Assembly (NCBI GenBank): GCA_964016885.1
Contig: OZ024746.1
Coordinates: 82,398,001-82,462,000, forward strand
DNA: 64,000 nt
Reading direction: 5' to 3'
DNA from: Eledone cirrhosa
Lineage: Eukaryota
The stretch's first letter is position 1; each line of letters begins with the position of its first letter. The translations under genes and the position numbers were made by a program. Positions 31,401-43,400 of this stretch are shown here, piece by piece. A model generated the notes under the pieces. That model did not search any database. It saw only the letters and a program-made list of their open reading frames with translations, and had not been told where the DNA came from.

Positions 31401-34400
31401 ACAAGTTATAGACACACTCTCCCACATTCAATGTCAGAAGCAAAGCAGCAGTTTCTGGCCCTTCTGAATACTGTCTTGCTATCTCTTCGATGGCCTGCCT
31501 CTTTTTCTCAGGCATTGAATACTGAATGAACCATAAAAGGCACTGGTTGACAAACAACATGGCCAAAACATTGAAACTGGCATTTCTGACAGTTGTCAAC
31601 TAATTGATCACTTCAGTTAGTTGCATGAAAACTTCTCTTCATAAGAGTTTCAATAAATAACAACCACAAAAATGTACTATAATTTAACTCTTAGCATTTA
31701 CATTACTCTATATATACTACTGTATTTTCACGGTAAACACTTTATCTCACATAATATTGAATCTATGAGATTTTGATATTACTTATTTTGAGAACAATAC
31801 CTTAACATAAGTATGAGCAGCCAGTTACAGCCAGTTTGAAAAGAAAGAGGTGAGGGAATTCTGGTCAAATATGGCTGGTTTAAATGCTAAAGGATTAAAT
31901 AAGTATGAGAGTTATTTATTAATTGCATTTTGTGAACAATGTTGCTAGTTACAGGTTTTTAACGAGCCAATTACAGGTCCGCTATATTTATGATATCCGT
32001 GCAACTTAGGTGGAACAAATACCAGACAGATTTTAAAAGTCAAAGCATATATAATTTATGAAATAGAAATGCTGGTCTCACTTACATCATGACATCTTTT
32101 TGCGTCAAGGCTGATATGAACTGATCAGCACTAGGTGGTTGTCCAACAACACCTTCCCACTCAGGAATGCTGAAATAATGAAAGTCAAAATAGACAATGA
32201 GAGAAATCTTTATACACAATATAAATAGATAACTTTTTAATGGAGAACAACACAGTCATGATACTCATGCCACATTTTAAGATATTAGCAACACAGGTGT
32301 AGTTAAGCTGCATGGAGAAGGAAATGAAATACAATTGCAGAATTTATCAAAAATGTAATACTACTCTATGATATCTATCAATATACAGCCTAAATACTGA
32401 GGGTGTGAAGAGGATTGTTTATACCATAAATATTGCCACACAATTCATCAAATAGCTACGATGAGCAGTCCCATTATGAAGTTTTTAGTCGTAAGCCAGT
32501 AGTCAAATATTTAGCCAGTCAAACATAACTCATTGTGATTATATTTCTTATAAAATACACCATCTGTGTTTCAGTTAATTTGGAAAATTATCAAAAACTC
32601 TGTCATCATTAAACTGGTGTCTGGAACATAACTGAAGAAAAGTTCCTTCAATAAAACTATCATGGAAAGTTCTAAATCAAATATGAACACTTTACAACAA
32701 GTATCATAAAAGTAGGGCTGACTCAGGTGGGTTGGTGGCAAAAATGTTGAATCAGTTGTCACACAAGTGACTGAGCATTAACTTAGCTCTTCTGATACCA
32801 AACCATCTGAAACCACCCTGGTTTTAGATACACAACTGCTCATTTTACACAATTGTTCATATTTATAATAAAACCTTCCATCATAATTTTATTTTTAAAA
32901 TGTTTGTTAAATAATGTGTCAAGCATCAGCTTACTAACGAAAAGGTTAGATATCTCATTAATTTCTTCACAGTTTGAAAAGTGAGTTCAATTCTCACAGG
33001 GGCTTTCCTGATTTTAATCGTCTAACCCATGCCAGCATGGAAACATGGATGCTAAACAGTGTTGATGATGATGACATATAGGCAGTGTATTTCATTAGAA
33101 ATACAGTAACAAAAGGGTTAATGAAGAAAGTAATGTCTTACCTTTGAAACCAATCTTTAAAAGTTTCCTGAGTATGTTGCAAGTTTGCATCAGGGTTAAG
33201 TACATAGTATGTATTTTTTCCATCAATGCCATCATTGAGAATAGAACCTTGGTTGTGTAGAAACTTCTGAATCTTAAGGTAATATAAAGATGGCATTCGT
33301 GTAACTGCTTGCTTACGTAAAATGGGCATGTTTTCCCATGGAAGATGTTGAATTTCCTGTAAAGATATTCAATAAGACCAAAACATATAATATTAATAAG
33401 GAGCAGGAACGAAATATAAATATAACATCATGTTTATTCACATATGACGTGCATTTATTATTATTAACAGAAAGGGGTCGATAAAATAAAGTACCAGTAA
33501 TGCACTGGAATAATTGGTGGCCTTGTGCCCAAAAGTAGAAACAATTATTATTAACAAGGGCGGACGCCATGCTTTGACACATAGAGTTACGGCCCTTGCC
33601 ATTCTGAGTTCAAATCCCGCCGAGGTTAACTTTGCCTTTCATCCTTACGGGGTTGATAAAATAAAGTACCAGTAATACACTGATTAATTGCTGGTCTTGT
33701 GCCTAACGTAGAAACAATTATTATTAACAAGGGCGGTGGATTGGCAGTATCGGTAGAGGGTCGGGCGCCATGCTTTGAAGCATAGAGTTACCTCCCTTTA
33801 TGATCTGAGTTCAAATCCCACCGAGGTTAACTTTGCCTTTCATCCTTACGGGGTCGATAAAATAAAGTACCAGTAACGCACTGGGATAATTGGTGGCCTT
33901 GTGCCAAAAAGTAGAAACAATTATTATTAACACTTTGAAGTTACTGACTACGTTGAAATAGCAAACGTAGAATACGACATAGGCAGATGAATTCATATTA
34001 ACATTAAGTGCTCAAACTGGTGAACCAATAGTAAGTAAACATTATACTCTATATATATATATATTCTGTCCAGTCCATGCAAGTATGGAAAGGCAGATGT
34101 AAAAATGATGATGGTATATATACATCATCATCATTCATCATCATTTCATTTTACGTCCGCTTTTTCCCTGCTTGCAAGGGTGGGACGGGAACTGATTCTG
34201 GCTTGATTTCTACAGTTGGATGCCCTTCCTAACACCAACCTCATTTACAGTGAGTGCTGGGTGCTTTTTTGCCGTGGCACCTCCACGACCACTTTGCAGT
34301 GGAATGATATGGACCCCAGTCCCTTTCATCTCATTTCTACAGCTGAGTAAACTGGAGCAATGTGAAATAAAGTGTCTTGCTCAAGGAAACAACACATCAC

Positions 34401-37400
34401 CCGGTCTGAGAATTGAACTCACAACCTTTCGATTGCAAGGCCAATGCCCTAACCACTAAGCCATGTGCCTCCATATAAAATGAAATTCACAGTTTATGCC
34501 CATGGAGGTTTAACTGGCCTCATACTAGCTTGCATCTCATTGGAGGTTTCTTGGGTGTTTCAATGATAGGGTTATGGAAAACAACATGAACTGAAATCAC
34601 TTGTTCAAGAACACAACATGCTGCTTGGAACAGGAACCAAACTCATGACCTTGTGATTATTAGTCCCAAAACCTAACCGCTAGTCCATCACATATCTTAA
34701 TATATACATATAAATATATATATATATCATCATCATCATCATCATTGACGTTTTCCCTGCTAGCAAGGGTTGGACAGGTCCATATAGTCCAAGTCAGTAC
34801 TGAAGCAGAGCCACTGATTTCCAGGGTAGGCTAGGGACCTGTGCACTTGTGTATGGTCTCACGTTCCAGGAGAGGTTGTCATTTCTTTGACACAACTGAG
34901 GGTCCTCCTAACCCTTTGTTTGGCAAGATTTCTATGGCTGGTTGCCCTTCCTATCACCAACCACTACAATGTGTACTGGGTGCATTTATCGTGTAGCTCA
35001 CCAACACTAGGGAGGCTGTCATGCACTTCACATAACTGGAGGGTCCTCCTGACCCTTTGTCTGGTAAGTTTTCGGCAGTTGGATGCCCTTCCTATCACTA
35101 ACCCTTTAAAACATGTACTGAGTGCATTTATCGTGTAAATTACCAACACTAGGGAGGTTGTCATGTCCTTGACACAGACAAAGGGTCTTCCCATCCCTTT
35201 ATCTGGCAAGCTTTCTATGGCTGGATGCCCTTTCTATCACTAATTACTTTTCTCTCTCTATATATATATATATTTATATGTAAATGTGTATGTGTGTGTG
35301 TGTGTGTGGATTCCCAATGGCTATCAGGAGGTGACCACAGTTAAAAAAGGTACTCAATACATTAGGAGAATATAGCCATCTTTATTTTATATAGAAATGA
35401 CTTCTACAGGACTAGAACCATTTCATTCGTATGAAATCATCAGGAGTTTCATGATGATTTCATACAAATGAGATAGTTCTAGTCCTTTAGAAGTCATTTC
35501 TATATAAAATAAAGAGACCTATATATATATATATATATATATATAATCAACAGATATAATTACTCTTTCTTTTCTGTTGTAAACTAATTCATCTGCAGAA
35601 AGAAAGAATATGTACTAAAAATAATTAATGAGTTAATAAATGAATCATAATAATTAGCAATTACCTTGTCAAGAATCAATGTAACTGGGTGTCTTTCAGC
35701 AACAGAGGAATTAAGGTTTTTACAATGACGTAGTATCAAGGATTTGATAGTCTGCAGCCTAGTATCTTGACTGTTTAAACCAGTGATGTCTACGACAGCA
35801 GATTCCAAGCATTTATCAGATAAAAGTTCACCAGAATCAATTAATATCTGCAATGACAGAAATAATTTAGAATATTGTTGGATTTATCTATTTTTATTTA
35901 TTTATTAATTTATTTGGTTCAATATGGAAACAGAAACTACAACAAATAAATACATCTAAATATAGCTAAATTAAATGAAGGCTCATCTCAAAATACTGCA
36001 TCTCACTAGCTGCCAGTTTCTGAAGTATTTCGGTGATGGATTTGCTAACTATACTATTGCTGTTGTATAGCCTTGAGTGAACCCCAAGCAAATCTATCAT
36101 CAAAGATATTCAAGTGATAACTCTCTTGTCTTTTTATAAAACATAGTTCAGCTTTGACTCCATTATACAATATGTTGCCTTTATTAAAAATGTAACAAAA
36201 TAAATACCAGAACAGACCTCTATGCATTCAAGACTTGAACTTCTCTGACACTCTATTTGAATGGTCTTCTGGACATTGACAGCAAGCATTCTCAATTTGT
36301 TCTTATCTTCTTTATTAGTCAACTGACCAAGTAGAATACCTTTCCAAGAGTGCAACCAAAGTTTTTCCATATGTTTAACAATATACTGTGGGAAGAAATT
36401 ATATAGTACATTAAAAATATTATATAGTATATTAACAATATATGGTGGAAAGATATTATATAGTACATTAACAATATACTATATGAAGATATTATATAGT
36501 ATATTAACAATATACTATGGAAAGATATTATATAGCACATTAACAATATATGGTGGGAAGATATATAGTACATTAACAATATATTATGAAAAGATATTAT
36601 ATAGTACATTAACAATATACTGTGGAAAGATTATAGTACATTATACTGTGGGAAGAAATTATATAGTACATTAACAATATACTGTGGGAAGAAATTACCA
36701 TATATACTAGTATATAAGTCAAGAAATATGTGACAAAAAAATAATTGATGATAAAAAAACAAGAAACAAACAGCTATTTCATTTTGTTATTTTCCCCCAC
36801 TCTTGATCAATCTACCCTTTACCAATATTTCTTTATACCTCATCACCATAATCACCCAATATTACCATTCAAAATGTTAAATATATACCAAATCTATGGA
36901 AAACAAAATGAGACAATTTATCAGATTATTTATATCTTACCTCCATATTTTTGTTGAGTTTATGTCGGGTATTCCACCAATGCATCTTATCCAGGACCCG
37001 GAAACTGTTTCGATTGCCCTCCTGGATAAAGCTGAATGTTTTAGACAGCATTTTTCCCTACAACAGGCAATAAGTATTTTCATAAATCTATTATAATGAA
37101 TTAAGATAGTGATAACTCAACAACTATAGAGAATATCAAGTTTATAATAGTTAACTTATATTTAATAACATTCTATTATATTGTATTACTTGTTGCTCCA
37201 CCAAGGTCCGTATATATATGATAGGCTTCCATACATTCATGTTGGCAAATGAAAGAAGGGCCACTCAATACAAGTAGGACAGAATATAAATATTTCATTG
37301 TGTTACTTTTCACAAGATTCCTGAAATTGCAGATATACTAACAGCCCTTTGAACAACAGGCCAAGTAGTGGCATTAAACCAGACAATGGATTCAGGCTAC

Positions 37401-40400
37401 ACCACATAACACAAAGAGCCAGAACAAATACTGTAAGGCATTTCATCCCTCTCTGTAACAATTCTACTAATGATGCACCACCCTGAACTGTTACTTTACT
37501 TTATTGACTCCAAAATAATGAAAAGCAGAGTTAACTTCAGAGCAATTTGAACTCAGAGAGCAGAGATTCAGAAGAAATACTGCAAGGTATTTTGTCTTAC
37601 GCTGTAACAACTTTGCCAATTTGCCATAATAACCAACACCATAAAAGCATTTATATCAATAGGGCTCACCTTGGTAGTCCCATAACCTGATAAAGAAATT
37701 ACTGTTGGAGTAGAACTGTTTCGATAGCGAGTTACAATAAGATATGGGACATCGTTGTGTGGATGAATCACTGACACTTGACAAACAGTTAGATCTGACA
37801 GAAAAGATACAAAATTCAGATTCATAGAGGAAATAACAAAATTGCAATATCTTAAAGTAAGAAAATACTATGAAGGAATATATTGGTGAAAACTTACCAT
37901 TATCATATTAAGTCTGTTTTGAACCTTGAGGCTCATCAGGCAAATGCTTATCTCGGTTGCCATGGCGTTAGGCAACTGAAAGTACAAGACCTTCCCCTGG
38001 ACAGGATGCCAGTCCATCACAGAGTCAAACCTCCAGTTACTGGTACACATTTTCAGCTAGGTATACTGGAGCAACATGAAGTGAACTGTTTGCTCAAGAA
38101 CACCACAAATGACCCAGCCCAGAAATCGAACCTATGGCAATATGACCATAAGTCCGATACACTTACCGTTAGGCCACGTGCTTCACATTATCATATCAAG
38201 CCACCATTTTATTGAATGTATAAAAAAATATTTTTCACAAGTTGAATAAAATTTCCTGATTTGAAAAGTTATTCTCTGTAAAACAACAGATATTTAAGCA
38301 AAGAATATGTCTCATGTAGATTTATCTTTCCAAGATATTAGTTACTGATTTCATCATCATATCTTTACATCCACTTTTCCATGCTGGCATGGGGTGGACA
38401 AGATGTTTTGAGACAATATTTAACAGTCAAATTCCGTTCCTGACTCCACTATCCCTTTTAGTTGCCTCATTCAACACACAAGGATACAATGTACCTATTC
38501 TAAAAACCAGAATTTTTTTTTTTTATTATTTAAATTTCAGGCCATATCTTCAAGACTGTTCCTTTCTAAACCATTTCAGACAAATTGACATTAGAGCAAT
38601 ATAAATTTGGACTCTAGAGCTTCCTTTGTAGAACTTTAACTGATGATGCAATTAGAATTTTAGAATATGTAATCTCAACACTTAAGACAATTCTAGAGAA
38701 GATTTTAATTAATGGCCACAGCACTTATACAAAAGAATTAATTTCATTCATGACAATAGTGTCGAGGATTAACCTTTTAGCATTTAAACCGGCCATATCT
38801 GGCTAGAATTCTCACACCTCTTTCTGTTCAAACCGGTCATAACTGGCTGCTCATACCGCCAATAAGGTATTGTTTTCAAAATAAATAATATCAAAATTTA
38901 GTAGATTCGATATTATGTGAAAATACAATAGTAAATATAGAGTAATGTGAATGCTAAAGGATTAACCCTTTAGCATTCACATTACTCTATATATATACTA
39001 TTATATTTTCATGGTAAATGCTTTATCTCACAATTATCTCACATAATATCGAATCTACGAGATTTTTAAAGTATTTATTTTGAGAACAATACCTTAACAT
39101 CAGTTTGAGTGACCAGTTACAGCCAGTTTCAACAGAAAAAGCCAGTTTTGGCCGGTTTGAACATTAAAGAGTTAAACTAAAACACAACAAACATTACATA
39201 TTTACTGATAAAAAAAAACAAAAAAAAAACATTCAACTAACCTGGGTGGATAGCTTCAGTTAAGGAAGAAATAACATCCTGTTTCTGTCCAAACTTCAAT
39301 GATGTTTTAGCCTTTCTCAATTTATCTACAAATGTGCTTTGGTAAAAGGAGTCAGGCTGTTTCTTTACATCTTCACAGTTACTTTGATCTTTTAACAACC
39401 TCCTAAATATTAAAAATACCATTTTGACTAAATAATGTTATTTATTAGTATCTTAAATAAATAGTATTCTAAGACTTTTCCAACATATTTGATATTCCTC
39501 GCTGAGAAATGTCAGATTACATCAGAGCTGATTTTTCAGTGCTTTCCCTTTGTCTGATCAACATTATTTTACACTACAAACCAAAGGGAAATCAGAGACA
39601 CAATTACTATCATCATCATCATCATTTAACGTCCATTCTCCCTGCTAGTATGGGTTGGACAGGCACACAATCGTGCCAGTCACTCCTTAGCCAGTAAGTC
39701 AAAAGCAACCAAACAGCTAACTGTGTAACCTGCTAGAATGGGTTGGACAGGCACACAATCGTGCCAGTCACTCCTTAGCCACAGTAAGTCAAAAGCAACC
39801 AAACAGCTAACTGTGTAACCTGCTAGTATGGGTTGGACAGGCACACAATCGTGCCAGTCACTCCTTAGCCAGGAAGTCAAAAGCAACCAAACAGCTAACT
39901 GTGTAACCTGCTAGAATGGGTTGGACAGGCACACAATCGTGTCAGACACTCCTTAGCCACAGTCAGTCAAAAGCAACCAAACAGCTAACTGTGTAACAAT
40001 AATTTCCTTGTTTAAACCAAAGGAAAAATCATTGGTTCAATTATTATCACCAACATCATTTAATGTCTGTTCTCCTTGTTTAGCAAGGTTTGGAGAAATA
40101 ATTTACCTCCGATGAACACAATCACACAATCTCCAGCCTAGGAGGCCAGTGCCTTATCTTATTCATAAATATGAGTATCAGCCATCTGACATAATAGATG
40201 AATTCTACAGTGAAAAATATTAACAATAATTTCAATTCACCTTTACTGATTTATGTGAATTGAAGCTTAACCAATTAGCATTTACATTACGCTAAATATA
40301 CTGTTGTATTTTCACAGTAAAGGCTTTATCTCACATATCGAAACTAAAAGATTTTGATATTATTTATTTTGAGAACAATACTGTAACATCAGTATGAGTG

Positions 40401-43400
40401 GCCAGTTACAGCCAGTTTGAACAGAAAGTGGTAAGAGAATTCTGGCTGGATACAGCTGGTTTAAATGCTCAAGGGTTAAAACATTCTCCCCATTTTCTAC
40501 TTAATGGTTTCTTAAGTAGATCAGGCATTGCTGCCACCTCCACCATAATTTTCCCACATCACTTTTCCCTGCTAGCAGCCATATGTAGTTCTAGATTTGA
40601 TTCTATAATATGGCATATTGGGCAAGAATTCTCTACCATAACTTCAGGTCAACCAAAGCTTTGAGAAAGAAATTTGGTAGGCAGAAACTATGCAGAATTC
40701 TATTTAGCATGCTGAAAGTATGCTAATTCCTACAAGTAAAGAATATCAGTCTTCTATCCATGACATATGCAAGTTCTTTGAGAAATTATGAAATTTCTTG
40801 TTGAATTTGTAGAATTCAACAAACAAATGACAGTGAAGCACAAATTGATATATCAGTAAAGTGATGATATACATTTTGTAAAAGAATAAATACTAGATCT
40901 TCCAACATATTCAATAAGCTATGTGCGGGGTTATGAGAGGCATACCAGAAGTAAAGAAACAGCAACATCATGTAAGCAGAAGGGCAAAACATGGCAAGCC
41001 TCATGGCTTTGTATTTGGAGGGGAATGTGTTGCCCTTTTTCTCTCAGAGATGGACAAAGCAGAACAACTGGATGAACCAGACCAGCTGAACGCCAACATT
41101 GAATCTGTGTGCAGCCTCCCATCTCAAGGCCAGATTCACTTTCTTTAGCACAGCTACATTGACATGGTTACATGGTTTTACTTTCAACCTCAAGTAGAAT
41201 ATTTCTAGTGCTATAGGACCTGTCAGTCAGTCTGTCTATAAAGTCTAAATCTTGGAACTTACCGAATTTTTCTGTTTAAATGAATGGTTAAGTTGTGACG
41301 AAGTGTCACTGCTTGGCTTTCGTTCAAATAAAAAGCTGCCATTGTTGGATCTTCTGGAAGACATTTAACAGCCAAACTCTTGCATATGTAGCTATATAAT
41401 GAACACGGAGGAAAGTGAGACAGCTGCGTGTAGGCATTTTCTAATATAATCCTCTGTAAATTCTCACAGTCTAAAAAGTAAAACAAATAATAATCAGAAA
41501 AAATTGGTAATTATACTATCATTAATAAAAAAAATACAAACCATTAATGTGAGGAGGTAAAAGAAAATCTCTTATTTTGCTGCCACAATCACTCATAAAT
41601 AACATAGCTAACTGCATACCAAAGACTAACTTTCTTTTCCTGAGCCACAAGGACAGCTTTAGTCAGTTGCTGACTCTCTACAAAGCTCACGTAAGACCCA
41701 TAATGCAGTACTGATTTGATAAAGGCTTCCTCATCAACACACTACTCCTCCACTAGCGATTTGTAGACTGGTGCTCGTATTAGAAATCAATAATTAATAT
41801 AGTTGTGATAACAGGAGATATTCAACTATAAGTACTGCAGAATTATAAATTACATTTCAATTAGTCAGAAATTAAATTAAAAAAAGGGAAAAACTCACTA
41901 GGCTTTTCAGATTCAGGGAGCAATTCAGATTTTTTAGGTGGCTTCACTTTATTCAATGTAGGTTTCCTTTGTACTCTGGGTTTTCTTTTAAACTCAGGGG
42001 AACTGTCAGTTTCTTCTACAGCTCGTACTAATTCAGTTGAACTTATAGATAGATTACCAAAAGATGTAGCAGCTAACAAACTGGAACCATTATCATCGTC
42101 ATCATAATAAATAGAGTCAACTTTTGAAGGAAAAGGAATGTCATGTTGTTCAAACAAAGGTGATGATAGTGATTGCCAAATATTGTTATTTTGGGGAATT
42201 GAGAGACGCTCTGGAGATATAGAGAATATTTTATCATCTAATGTGTTTGTTACTTCACTACGACAGTGTTCTTTTGCAATAATATTTGAAGCTTCAGTTA
42301 ATCTTGCCTGCCATCCAACAGCTTTCCTTGGTAACCGACCTCTCCTCTTAGGTATTTTATTTTCACCTTGTTCTTTATCATCTTTTTCATCAAAGGTATA
42401 GACATTGTTTTCAAATTTATTTTCACCTTCCAAATTTTCTATCTCTGGATTACTCTTATATTTCACATTCTTTTTAATCGTCTTCACATCATTTTCTACG
42501 TTGCATTTTGGTTTTAATATCTTTGATGGGATCTTAGATCTCTGGCTGGAAGTCTTTTTAACTTTAGAGTCTTTTTTATTCTGGGGTTCAGAAGTAATGT
42601 TAGAGTTAACACTTTGATCACACCCTAATCTTTTAGGCTTTAGTCTCAGGATCTTCTCAGACTTTTTTAAAGGAGTATCTAGCTTAGTTGTTGGCACAGA
42701 ATCTTGCCAAGGTTCAAAGTTACAGCGTGATGTAAGTAACACTTCTGCAGGACTACTAATTTGATTGGACATGTCAGAGTTAAGTTTTGCTAAAGATGTT
42801 GTCTGCCGACTACTTCTTTTCTTTAGTTTTACAGATGAAACCTCTTCCAAAGGTAGAAGTTTAGGAATTTCTAATTTTTGTGACACCTTATCATGGTGAA
42901 TATTACGAGATGGCATTTTAGCTTTAGGCAGTCTTTTCGAGTTTCTCGACTTGGAAGGTATTTTGTCATTTTCTGAAGACTCTGTGAGAGAAAATGGACT
43001 AATTGTAGTTGAATTGGAAACCTCAAGCTGTGCTGAACAAACCTCTTCTAAAATATCCTCATTTGTCTTTAATTTACCTTCAAACTTAACCCTTTCACAC
43101 AGATTACTCTCCACATCATCATCACCAGCAACAGATTTTTGGCCAGTTTCAGTCTCTGCAATGACATCATCATATATATCTAATAAATGTTCAGCTGTAG
43201 TATCCTTAAATATTCCTGTAGCAGATAGTTTTGTCTTTTGATCAGCACTATCATTAATCTTCTCCTCAGCACTTTGCCATTTGTGAGAGTCAACCAAAGT
43301 TTTATTTATATCAAAATTATTCAGGACAGTTGTTGAATATTCTCCATTTTGATTACCATTTCTGGATTTTGCCTTAATTCCTTTTTTATTTGATTTACAC

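Noticed and set aside
36319-36674. Repetitive ORFs (YYIISxHxILL and [10 protein letters not shown] repeats)
   Set aside because: They are by-products of the 36-bp minisatellite and are not in the separase frame.
37189-37206. PWWSNK on the - strand as the separase WW motif
   Set aside because: It is followed at once by a stop. The true WW..R exon is 36941-37057.
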